Shown: one piece after another, positions 17,634-26,815 of the stretch | Numbering within the stretch: position 1 is the stretch's first letter | Layout: each line of letters begins with the position of its first letter | NCBI GenBank assembly: GCA_039797505.1 | Contig: JBDKHS010000215.1 | Coordinates: 1-28,785 of the forward strand | Direction of reading: 5' to 3' | From: Pseudomonadota bacterium | GTDB taxonomy: Bacteria > Pseudomonadota > Gammaproteobacteria > Beggiatoales > Beggiatoaceae | DNA: 28,785 nt | Notes under the pieces: model-generated | Told to the model about the DNA's origin: nothing | The model's input: only the letters and a program-made list of their open reading frames with translations | Database searches by the model: none | Translations under genes and position numbers: made by a program

Positions 17634-18068
17634 ATGAGTATGGCAATGACAATTCATGTCGATATTGTGAGTGCGGAAGGCGAAATTTTTTCAGGTTTGG
17701 CAGAAATGGTTATCGTGCCTGCATATAATGGCGAAGTGGGCATTTTACCGCGTCACGCCCCGTTTTTATCGACTTTGCGGGCAGGCACGGTGATGTTGCG
17801 CATGGCAGGTGGGCGAGAAGATTGTTTTTATGTTTCTGGCGGAATTTTGGAAGTGCAGCCGCACATGGTCACAGTGCTCGCTGACACCGCATTACGGGCG
17901 AATGATATTGATGAAGCGGCGGCGATAAAGGCAAAACAACATGCTGAGCATTTGTTAAACGATCATCAAAGCAATTTTGAATATGCCAAAGCGCAAACAG
18001 AATTAGCAGAAACCGTGGCGCAGTTGCAAACTTTGACCTGCATGCGCAAACGTAATACGCGGCAATAA
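17634..18068 (+). CDS. atpC: F0F1 ATP synthase epsilon subunit (stand-alone)
   Basis: TIHVDIVSAEGEIFSG, GEVGILPRHAP, VSGGILEVQP, VLADTALRANDIDEAAA. ACAGGAG RBS upstream. Confidence 0.95.
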   Translation: MSMAMTIHVDIVSAEGEIFSGLAEMVIVPAYNGEVGILPRHAPFLSTLRAGTVMLRMAGGREDCFYVSGGILEVQPHMVTVLADTALRANDIDEAAAIKAKQHAEHLLNDHQSNFEYAKAQTELAETVAQLQTLTCMRKRNTRQ

Positions 18069-18090
18069 TTGAAAGAATAAGTCTCTACAT

Positions 18091-18172
18091 CCCCTAAAGA
18101 GGGCTAAACACCAACAACTTCTCGGCGCGCATGATTGAGGACTGGCAGTGTTACGAGCACTGCCAATCCATC
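18091..18172. repeat. Partial family A and family B repeats between the convergent atpC and yhdP
   Basis: cccctaaagagggctaaac (18091-18109) and the hairpin aggactggcagtg-ttacgag-cactgccaatcc. Confidence 0.65.
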
Positions 18173-18212
18173 CCCGTGTTATGTGAGAATACGCAAGCCC
18201 ACGCTAAACGCT

Positions 18213-21200
18213 CTATTCCCCAACCCCTCCGACAGGCGTAATCACCGGTTTTTCCCAAGCTCCCGTAATGTGATATTGATAATTAATCGCCTGTTCGATT
18301 TCAGATTGCAGCAATTTTTGTACGATTAACACCGCAGCCCCCACGCCCAAGCCGCCCACCAATGCCCCCGCTACAGGAATCGTGTTGGATACATGCGGAA
18401 TTACTGTAACTGTTTGATCATATTGACGCGCCGTTAAATCGGTACGCCCTTGGATTTCAATTTTTGCAGCAGGCGCAATCAATTGCAGATTTTGTGTGTC
18501 CGCAAAACCCTTGCTAAAATTAAAATCTCCGATAATTTTAGAAAAACCAAAGCCTTGTGAAAATACATCGCTGAAATCTAAAATTAAACGGCGCGGCAAG
18601 GTTTGTAAATCAAACAAACCCAACACCCGCCCCAAACCCGGCTCAAAATCCACGATTTGCCCTTCTGCAATCGCAAGATGTAATTTCCCACGCAATTTTT
18701 TCACTGAAAAATCCAAGGGACTGCCTTCCCAATAACTTTCCCCCGACAATTCCGTTTCCCCTCCACGCAAGGGCGGCGGTTCATAGCCAAACGCTTGTAA
18801 TAATTCGCCCAAATCATCACTGCGCACTTTCGCCTGCAAATGGGTATACTGCGGCAGCGTTGCCAATTGCCACAAACCATTAGCAAACCATTGAAAATGC
18901 GGATGAATGACCTGTAAATTATCCAATTCCCAACCCGCCACGCTGGGACGCAATGCCAGTTTAAGCTGCCCTAACACACGTTGATCAATTTGTAATTGCT
19001 CAATATTGCCCTCAACAATGGGCAAAGGACGCGGATCGTTGAATTTTGCAGGAGTGTTTTCAACCAATTTTTCAGGAAGTTTTAAATGCAGCTTTTTGAA
19101 ATTGAAACTAATTTTTTCAGGCGTAGTTTTTAAGAATTGGATTTTACCGTGTAGCGCATCGCTTTTAAAAGAGGCATCGATTTGTTCTGTTTGGATTTTT
19201 GCCTTGAGTTTCACTTGATTAAAAACTTGTCCTAAGATTTCTAACTTATTGACTTGCAAACTAATATTCTTTGCAATTTTTGAGGGCTTGAGTTGCGGAG
19301 CTTCTGAAAACACCTTGTGCCACGCGCTCAGCGACAATTCGGGTAAATTGCCATCCACAGTCAAGCCCTGCATTGCCGTCAATTGCGGATTGAGTGCGTT
19401 CAATTTCACCGTGGCGCGACTCAATTTGCCCGCTTGCAACTCAAACGCGCTGTGTAACCAATTCCCATATTCAATCCATAAATTATCTTGCTCAGTTTCT
19501 GAAAGCCGCGCCGTCAGAGTAAATAATTGGCTTTGCTCAGATTTTTTCTGAAATGGAAAGGGTAAATCGCTACTTAAGCCTTTTAAATCACTGGATAAAT
19601 ATAAATAGGTGTCCCTGACCGTGGGCGCGGCATTGGGGCTGTGGCGCGGCAATTCTAAACGCAATTGCCACGGACTTGCACCTTGCAAATGCTTGTAAAA
19701 TGGCAAGTTTCCAAAATCTGCATCGATTTGGCTCAATTGTTGTTTGATAAAATCCGCATCCGCCTTGCCTGCCAAATTCACTTGAACGATGTTGCGCCCT
19801 TGCACGTGCGTGGTTTTCAGCCCCAAAGTCACGGGTTTATTAAATAATAAAGCTTTTAATTGTTCCGCATTTAACTGCTTATTATCAAACAGTAAGATGC
19901 CTTTGACTTGTTGTAAAGTAATCCCTAATTGCGTATTTTTAATTTTTAGGTCTTTAAAATTTAATTTTCCCCAGACTTTTTCTTCATCATGCGAAGCCTC
20001 TGCCAACGGGATAAGCAGCTTTAACTCAAGCTCCATCGCGCCACTGAGTTCGACATGCCCTTTTTTTAAATCTACATTATTTTTTAACGGACTTTCTTGT
20101 AAATAACGCGCCCCATCTTGTGCCGTGCCTATTAATTTGCCTGTAATATTCAAAAATGGAAAATCTGCGGATAAATCAGGAATTTCAGCTAAAACTTGTT
20201 GTAATTGGCTTTGAAAAATGCGCCCTTGTTGTGCAGTCACGTTGAGTTTACGCCCGACGATGTCCACGGTGGCGGCAATTTCGTGAATTGGGGGATAGCG
20301 CGGGTCGAAATTTAACTGTGCATTTTTCGCTAAGCCTTTGAAAATAAAATTTTTAGTGTTTTCATCGAATAATTTATCTACTGCGCCTTCCAAAGTGGCA
20401 GAGGCTTCGCTGATGTCGCCCCCGACCAAAGCTTTTTCCAACCACGCAACCGTATCGGGTAGATATTGTTCAGGTAAGTAACTGTGCACACGGGCAATTT
20501 TTCCATTGCGCAATTCTGCCCGCAGATGCAATTGCGGCATGGCTTGCTCGGGTAAATCCACGCTGCCACTGAGTTTCACTTGCATTCCGTGTTCAACCGC
20601 CTGAATTGCTTCGGTATGAATTTGCCAAGATTTTTCCAAACGTTGCCAATTGAGCTGTCCCTGCATTTGCGTCAACATCATCGGTAAACGGTACAATTTT
20701 GGCGCGGTTAAGGTGAATTGCGAGTTTTCCAATTGGAAACTGCCCTGCTGCGGGCGCAAGGTTAAACTGCCTGTGATGCCGCTAATCCCAAATTGCGCCG
20801 CCTGTGAATGCGCCCCGATTTGTACACAACGCGCTTGCAGATTCCAGTCTTGCGCATGGTGATATTCCAGTTGTAGCCGCGCACATTGCCCCTGGACTTG
20901 CCAAGTCGCCGCAGTTTGCAATATTGGCAAATGCAAAGGCGTGGCTAAGGCACTCAGATAGGGCGGCAACCATGCCAGAGATAAATTGTCGGTTTCTAGA
21001 CTGAATTCGCCCGTCGCCTGCCAACGCGCCCGAAAACTGCTTAACACCTTGTGATGATTGGCGACTTTAATCTGGGGCTGCACTTCGATAGCCCAGTTTT
21101 CAGCCTGTGCCATGCCGTGAAAATTTGCAATTAAATGGGTGGCGGGCGCAGTGAAGGTTTGTAATTGCAGTTGTCCTGCCACAGTTTTCAAGGCGTTATC

Positions 21201-21899
21201 TTGCCAATGTAGTGCGGCATTGAGTTCTAAATGGCTGGTGTGCCCTGTTTTGGCAGCCAGTAATTTCGCCGCCAGCTTCCAATGTTGCACCGCATCGGCA
21301 TGTTTTTCGATAGCCCATGAAACTGCTTGTAATTGTAGCGGGGCTTGCTGGGGCAGGGTGAAATTAACGCGGTCTAAATTCAGAATTAAATCCGTGCGTT
21401 GCAACCATGCACTGAGCGCGTTTTCAAATTTGGAAGGGCTGGCGGGTTCGGGCGGAACACTGGGAATAATCGGGAGGAAAAAACCTTGGAGCTGTAATTG
21501 CCCCGCACTGTCAGTGAGTAGGTTTAATTCAGGGGCGCGTACATGAACTTGATGTGTGACCCATTGGCGTTGCCACAGCGATTCCCACAAATCAAGGCTG
21601 ACTTCGACTGAGTCGAGCGTAAAAGTAGTATTAGGCTGTTGGGCGGAATGTACGGTTAATTTTTGCAGTGCCAGCGTGGGCTTGCTGCCCAGCCAGTAGG
21701 TTTCGAGCTTTGCAAACTGCAATTTGTGCTGCCAATGGCTGTTAATCCAAGTCAGCAACGCGGTTTGATGGTCAGCAAGCCGGGTAAATGTCCACAGCCC
21801 CAACACGAAACCTAAACATAGCAGCAGTAAAAATATTCGTGCGACACGCCAAGCGGTGTGTAAACAACGAATATAAAAGCACAAACACGAGTGCACCAT
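18213..21899 (-). CDS. yhdP: YhdP/AsmA2-family envelope (phospholipid-bridge) protein
   Basis: 1228 aa with an N-terminal TM anchor, beta-rich body, WLEKALVGG, and C-terminal GRVLGLFDLQTLPRRLILDFSDVF...YHITGAWEKP. Directly downstream of rng. Confidence 0.9.
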   Translation of the reverse strand: MVHSCLCFYIRCLHTAWRVARIFLLLLCLGFVLGLWTFTRLADHQTALLTWINSHWQHKLQFAKLETYWLGSKPTLALQKLTVHSAQQPNTTFTLDSVEVSLDLWESLWQRQWVTHQVHVRAPELNLLTDSAGQLQLQGFFLPIIPSVPPEPASPSKFENALSAWLQRTDLILNLDRVNFTLPQQAPLQLQAVSWAIEKHADAVQHWKLAAKLLAAKTGHTSHLELNAALHWQDNALKTVAGQLQLQTFTAPATHLIANFHGMAQAENWAIEVQPQIKVANHHKVLSSFRARWQATGEFSLETDNLSLAWLPPYLSALATPLHLPILQTAATWQVQGQCARLQLEYHHAQDWNLQARCVQIGAHSQAAQFGISGITGSLTLRPQQGSFQLENSQFTLTAPKLYRLPMMLTQMQGQLNWQRLEKSWQIHTEAIQAVEHGMQVKLSGSVDLPEQAMPQLHLRAELRNGKIARVHSYLPEQYLPDTVAWLEKALVGGDISEASATLEGAVDKLFDENTKNFIFKGLAKNAQLNFDPRYPPIHEIAATVDIVGRKLNVTAQQGRIFQSQLQQVLAEIPDLSADFPFLNITGKLIGTAQDGARYLQESPLKNNVDLKKGHVELSGAMELELKLLIPLAEASHDEEKVWGKLNFKDLKIKNTQLGITLQQVKGILLFDNKQLNAEQLKALLFNKPVTLGLKTTHVQGRNIVQVNLAGKADADFIKQQLSQIDADFGNLPFYKHLQGASPWQLRLELPRHSPNAAPTVRDTYLYLSSDLKGLSSDLPFPFQKKSEQSQLFTLTARLSETEQDNLWIEYGNWLHSAFELQAGKLSRATVKLNALNPQLTAMQGLTVDGNLPELSLSAWHKVFSEAPQLKPSKIAKNISLQVNKLEILGQVFNQVKLKAKIQTEQIDASFKSDALHGKIQFLKTTPEKISFNFKKLHLKLPEKLVENTPAKFNDPRPLPIVEGNIEQLQIDQRVLGQLKLALRPSVAGWELDNLQVIHPHFQWFANGLWQLATLPQYTHLQAKVRSDDLGELLQAFGYEPPPLRGGETELSGESYWEGSPLDFSVKKLRGKLHLAIAEGQIVDFEPGLGRVLGLFDLQTLPRRLILDFSDVFSQGFGFSKIIGDFNFSKGFADTQNLQLIAPAAKIEIQGRTDLTARQYDQTVTVIPHVSNTIPVAGALVGGLGVGAAVLIVQKLLQSEIEQAINYQYHITGAWEKPVITPVGGVGE

Positions 21900-21919
21900 A
21901 GTCGCAGGCGGTGGCTATC

Positions 21920-23482
21920 CTAAGTCAGGACAATGTCATATTGTTCTTGTCCATAAGAACTTTCTACTTGGAAACGGATTGGGCGGTTAATAAATTCTTC
22001 TAATTGGGCAACGCTGGCAGATTCTTCATCCAGCACCATGTCCACCACTTCTTGCGAGGCGATGACTAACACCTGCTGATTTTCGATTTCAAACTGGCGG
22101 GATTCACGCAGAATTTCTCGGAAAATTTCATAACAAATGGTTTCAGGAGTTTTAATTGTGCCGCGCCCGCTGCAAGTGGGGCAGGTTTTACACAACACAT
22201 GTTCCAAGCTTTCGCGGGTACGTTTGCGGGTCATTTGCACCAAGCCCAGCGAAGACACCTCGCTAATATGGCTCTTGGTGTGGTCGCGTTCCAAACATTT
22301 TTCCAAGGTGCGCAACACTTGCCGCCGATGTTCTGCGTCGGTCATGTCGATAAAATCGAGAATGATAATCCCGCCCAAATTGCGGAGGCGTAATTGGCGG
22401 GCGATGGCTTGCGCGGCTTCAAGATTGGTTTTAAAAATCGTTTCTTCTAAATTGCGGCTGCCCACAAATGCGCCCGTGTTCACGTCAATCGTGGTCATGG
22501 CTTCGGTTTGGTCAACCACCAAATAACCGCCTGATTTTAATTGTACTTTGCGCTCTAAAGCTTTGGTAATTTCGTCTTCAATATTGTAGAGATCGAAAAT
22601 GGGACGCTCGCCCGGATAATGTTCAATCAGCGGAATTAAATCGGGGATAAATTTCTGGGCAAAACTGATCACTTCGACGTAAGTTTCTCGGGAATCAATC
22701 CGCACTTTTTCAATGGTTGTGCCCATCAAATCGCGAATGGTGCGAATCACCAGTGATAAATCTTCATAAATCAAGGAGCTGGGTTTTGCCGTCTGTTCTT
22801 TTTCTTTGATGTCTTTCCACAAGCGTGTCAGAAAGTCCATATCCGCACACAGCATTTCTTCAGTGCAACCTTCGGCGGCAGTGCGAATAATAAATCCGAA
22901 ATTTACTTTTCCCGTGCGTGATTGTGTGCTGGAAAAAGTTTCTAATTTCACGTTGGCATCATCACTGCTCTGTTCGACCGAACTTTGTCCCGTATAACCC
23001 AAGTGTTTGAGCACGATTTCTTTCAGACGATGCCGTTCTTCTTCGCGCTCAATACGGGTAGAAATGCCGATGGTATTGGGGGAATAGGGCAAAATCACCA
23101 CGTAGCGCGAGGGAATTGAAATCTCGGTGGTCAGCCGCGCCCCTTTGCTGCCGAGCGGGTCTTTAATCACTTGCACTAAGGAAGTTTGCCCTTCGTGCAT
23201 TAATTCATTAATCGATGCTTCGGTTTTATTGCGCCCGAATTCCATTTGTGATTGCAAGGTGACGATGTCGGAGGCGTGCAAAAATGCGGCACGTTCCAGC
23301 CCAATATCCATAAACGCCGCCTGCATTCCGGGTAAAACTCGGCAGGCACGTCCTTTGTAAATATTGCTGACTAAGCCGCGTTTGCTGGTGCGTTCAATCA
23401 TCATTTCTTGCAATACGCCATTTTCCACCATCGCAACCCGAATTTCTCGAGGTGTAATGTTGATGAGAATTTCTTCACTCAT
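21920..23482 (-). CDS. rng: Ribonuclease G
   Basis: GNIY-like SNIYKG S1 start, DPLGSKGARLT, TEAMTTIDVNTG, IARQLRLRNLGGIIILDFIDM and the zinc-link CPTC. Confidence 0.96.
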   Translation of the reverse strand: MSEEILINITPREIRVAMVENGVLQEMMIERTSKRGLVSNIYKGRACRVLPGMQAAFMDIGLERAAFLHASDIVTLQSQMEFGRNKTEASINELMHEGQTSLVQVIKDPLGSKGARLTTEISIPSRYVVILPYSPNTIGISTRIEREEERHRLKEIVLKHLGYTGQSSVEQSSDDANVKLETFSSTQSRTGKVNFGFIIRTAAEGCTEEMLCADMDFLTRLWKDIKEKEQTAKPSSLIYEDLSLVIRTIRDLMGTTIEKVRIDSRETYVEVISFAQKFIPDLIPLIEHYPGERPIFDLYNIEDEITKALERKVQLKSGGYLVVDQTEAMTTIDVNTGAFVGSRNLEETIFKTNLEAAQAIARQLRLRNLGGIIILDFIDMTDAEHRRQVLRTLEKCLERDHTKSHISEVSSLGLVQMTRKRTRESLEHVLCKTCPTCSGRGTIKTPETICYEIFREILRESRQFEIENQQVLVIASQEVVDMVLDEESASVAQLEEFINRPIRFQVESSYGQEQYDIVLT

Positions 23483-23883
23483 GAGACTGTCCTAAAATTT
23501 TTCAAAAACTTATTCCCAAGGCTTGGGGTTTGCGAATAAATTCTTAAGTAAAGGCTGTGTAACATACCACGCGCCCACATAAATGGGGCAGTTCTTGTAG
23601 TAAAAATCTTTTATTTTGTTTGAAGCCCGCTGCTACTTGGGCAAAGTATTTGCATTCTTTTCGGTGAGTGCTGCGTGCAACTACATAAATTTTCAAGTAA
23701 AGTATGGGGGAGTACACCGCAGGATGAGGAATGCTTTTTCTTTTATAGCCGCAAAACTTCGTTATAATATCAAATGATGAGCTTTAATTAACGCTATTAT
23801 CATATCTCTCATTGCAGTAACCCGCCTGTTTTATCTTAAATACTTCAAAATTTTCAGCGCGGCAGGTATATTCACTTCATTCA

Positions 23884-24483
23884 TTGGCAACACGGGACAG
23901 CATTGTGGAAGAATTTATCCAAAACTATGGATATTTAGCGATTTTTATCGGTACTTTTTTTGAAGGCGAAACGATTTTAGTGGTGGGAGGAATTCTTGCT
24001 CAACAAGGTTTACTCGAGTTACCCCTTGTAGCACTTGCGGCGTTTGTGGGGAGTTTTTCGGGTGACCAGTTATTTTTCCAAATTGGGCGAATCAAAGGTA
24101 AAGCACTGTTAGATAAACGTCCTTCGTGGAAAGCGCGTGCTGAAAAAATTAACGATTTATTAGCACGTTATCGTGATTGGATCGTGTTGAGTTTCCGCTT
24201 TTTCTACGGTTTACGAAATCCCACGCCGTTTGTGATTGGCATGAGTAGCATCTCTACGATACGTTTCATGACGCTAAACGGTATTGGTGCATTCGTTTGG
24301 GCATTCACCATCAGCACCTTGGGCTATGTATTTGGTAACGCGATGGAAGCTTTTATGGAAGACATGAAACATTATATGCTCGAAGCGATAGCGGTGATTT
24401 TCATTATTGCAGGCTTGGTGTGGTGGTATGTTAATCGTAAACAATCTATCGTCTCTCCTCCCTCGCCGCCTGAAGAAAAATAA
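23884..24483 (+). CDS. DedA family membrane protein
   Basis: GTFFEGETILVVGG, GDQLFFQIGR, RFFYGLR and FMTLNGIGAFVW. GTG at 23905 is a plausible alternative start. Confidence 0.92.
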   Translation: MATRDSIVEEFIQNYGYLAIFIGTFFEGETILVVGGILAQQGLLELPLVALAAFVGSFSGDQLFFQIGRIKGKALLDKRPSWKARAEKINDLLARYRDWIVLSFRFFYGLRNPTPFVIGMSSISTIRFMTLNGIGAFVWAFTISTLGYVFGNAMEAFMEDMKHYMLEAIAVIFIIAGLVWWYVNRKQSIVSPPSPPEEK

Positions 24484-24523
24484 TTTTAAATAACTGCGGT
24501 GATTTCACCTTAAGGAATTGGTA

Positions 24524-24892
24524 ATGTTGAACCCGTTTTCACGTTTTTTAATCCTTCTGGGCTGTGGTTTATTCTTAGTTGCTTGTGCTGCAACGCCTGT
24601 ACGTCATGTGGGTTGTTATGTGGCTGATCCCGAATTGCGCGGTAAATATGTCGGGGCATGTCAAAATGGCAAAGCCCATGGTAAGGGAACTTCTGTGGGA
24701 CGTGACCGTTATGAAGGGCAATTTGTGCGGGGCGTTGTGCATGGTAAAGGTACTTATTACTGGCATGATGGCGACCGCTATACGGGCGATTTACGCAATG
24801 GCAGAGCGCAAGGCAAGGGCGTATTTATCAGCAAATCGGGTGAACGGAAGTCAGGAATTTGGGTCAATAATGTGTTGCAAACACCTGAATAA
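24524..24892 (+). CDS. MORN-repeat lipoprotein
   Basis: Lipobox LVAC, then YVGACQNGKAHGKG, YEGQFVRGVVHGKG and YTGDLRNGRAQGKG repeats. Confidence 0.85.
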   Translation: MLNPFSRFLILLGCGLFLVACAATPVRHVGCYVADPELRGKYVGACQNGKAHGKGTSVGRDRYEGQFVRGVVHGKGTYYWHDGDRYTGDLRNGRAQGKGVFISKSGERKSGIWVNNVLQTPE

Positions 24893-24909
24893 TCATAAGT
24901 TTACCGAAA

Positions 24910-25087
24910 TTAATGGCAGTGATGCGAGAGCAGCATGCGGTTTAAATCGTGTGAGACCTTCTAGGTTTTTAAAACCTAGAAGGATTTTGAATCCAGCGTA
25001 ATGAGGACTGGCAGTCCTTAAAATTCACACATTCCACGACTTAACACACTGGCTATCAGCTTAACTTAATAGCGGTGACGCGGGAGC
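24910..25087 (-). repeat. Family B composite repeat (reverse orientation)
   Basis: Palindrome ccttctaggtttt-t-aaaacctagaagg (24957-24983), aggactggcagtcct (25004-25018), and ttaatggcagtga-like motifs at 24910 and 25066. Confidence 0.8.
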
Positions 25088-25156
25088 GCGAAAACAAGGA
25101 AGTTTATCTTAAAATCAAAGCATTATAGGCTTGTGCAGCCTGTCAAAGCAGCGCAT

Positions 25157-25453
25157 TCAATTTGGCTCAAGCAATACCCGCACCGCTTCAAGTTTGTCAT
25201 TTTTTTGAACGACTTCATAAGAAACCGCTTGTCCCTTACGCACCACTTTAGACACCCCCTCAATCATGCTCACATGAAAAAAAATTTGTTCGGGTTCATC
25301 AGGGTTTGCGGGCTTGATAAAACCAAAGCCTGAATGGGGATTAAACCACTTCACTTTGCCTTGATGTAATTTTGTTGCCGCAACACAGCCTAAACTGAAT
25401 AAAATCAGGGTCAATGTCAGGCAAATCCTCCTCCAATAGCCTTGTGATTTCAT
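25157..25453 (-). CDS. Cold-shock-domain protein with N-terminal export signal
   Basis: [11 protein letters not shown]1-like SGFGFI and RNP2-like IFFHV, preceded by [30 protein letters not shown] overlap with the tsaD stop. Confidence 0.82.
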   Translation of the reverse strand: MKSQGYWRRICLTLTLILFSLGCVAATKLHQGKVKWFNPHSGFGFIKPANPDEPEQIFFHVSMIEGVSKVVRKGQAVSYEVVQKNDKLEAVRVLLEPN

Positions 25454-26493
25454 TTTATTGCCATCCTTGGAATTTGCAAATTGTGCAAGGCCCAGCGAGG
25501 TGTGGCATTAAATCCTAAGCTTGTGCGTTCACCGGCCGCCAAACGACAGCAACCTGCATAGGCGATCATCGCCCCGTTATCAGTGCAAAACTCAGGGCGA
25601 GGATAAAATACTTTCACTTTCATGCTGCTGGCAAGGGCAGATAACTGTTGACGTAAACGTTGATTTGCACCCACCCCCCCCGCAATCACTAAACGGGTCA
25701 AATGAGTTTGTTGCAAAGCACGACGGCATTTAATCACCAAAGTATCAACCACGGCATCTTCAAAAGCGCGCGCCACATCGGCACGAGTTTGTTCATCTTG
25801 CGAGGCTTGAGCTTTCCAAGTCGTCATGACCTGCGTTTTCAGACCGCTAAAGCTAAAATCCAAACCTTGCCGATTCACCATCGGGCGCGGAAAAGTAAAA
25901 CGCTTAGGATCGCCCTGTGTTGCCAACTTTGCCAACACCGCGCCACCGGGATACCCTAAACCCAAAAGTTTGGCTGTTTTATCAAAAGCCTCGCCCGCCG
26001 CGTCATCCACCGACTCGCCAAGAATTTGATATTGCCCCAAGCCCAATACTTTGATTAATTGAGTATGCCCCCCCGACACTAACAGCGAAAGAAAGGGAAA
26101 TTTCGGGGCAGGTTCTTCGAGCATTGCCGCTAATAAATGCCCTTCCAAATGGTGTACGCCAATTGCAGGCACGCCATAAGCCCATGCCAAACTGCGTCCA
26201 ACCGCCGCGCCCACCAATAATGCGCCAACCAGCCCCGGTCCTGCCGTGTAAGCAATGCCATCTAGTTGTTGGGGCAGGGTTTCGGTGGCGGTCAAAACTT
26301 CACGCACCAAAGGCAAAATTTTACGAATATGATCCCGAGAGGCCAATTCAGGGACAACACCGCCATATTGCGCATGAAGTTCGACCTGACTGTATAAACG
26401 ATGCCCTAATAAACCTTGTTCCAAATCATAAACTGCAACACCCGTTTCATCACAAGAAGTTTCAATTCCTAATACGCGCATATCTTTTTCCAT
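25450..26493 (-). CDS. tsaD: tRNA N6-adenosine threonylcarbamoyltransferase TsaD
   Basis: [55 protein letters not shown] and [10 protein letters not shown]. Confidence 0.97.
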   Translation of the reverse strand: MEKDMRVLGIETSCDETGVAVYDLEQGLLGHRLYSQVELHAQYGGVVPELASRDHIRKILPLVREVLTATETLPQQLDGIAYTAGPGLVGALLVGAAVGRSLAWAYGVPAIGVHHLEGHLLAAMLEEPAPKFPFLSLLVSGGHTQLIKVLGLGQYQILGESVDDAAGEAFDKTAKLLGLGYPGGAVLAKLATQGDPKRFTFPRPMVNRQGLDFSFSGLKTQVMTTWKAQASQDEQTRADVARAFEDAVVDTLVIKCRRALQQTHLTRLVIAGGVGANQRLRQQLSALASSMKVKVFYPRPEFCTDNGAMIAYAGCCRLAAGERTSLGFNATPRWALHNLQIPRMAIK

Positions 26494-26815
26494 TTCAATC
26501 AGCTAGATTGGGAAAAGTATAGCAACCTTAAGTGCTTACGTCATGTAAACCTTACAATAAAACTATGTTATTTAGACCTCATCTGCGTTATCATTTCTGG
26601 CTTTATCATTAAAACTCAGCAAAGTTATAGAATATCTCTTGGTTATTTTCAGCAGATTATGGACTAATATCTTGTTTTATCATGATTAAGCCCACGCGGG
26701 AGATATTTAAAAATAGATATACAAGCGGGGTGGTTTTGCTTATGCTTTAAACAAGTCTTTTCCCCTCCTAAAACCTATTTACCCAAAAAATTTAGGCTCA
26801 TAACTTTGCAAAACG

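Noticed and set aside
23530-23700. About 50-codon open stretch on the minus strand upstream of rng
   Set aside because: No ATG or RBS, and no recognisable motif such as a maf remnant.
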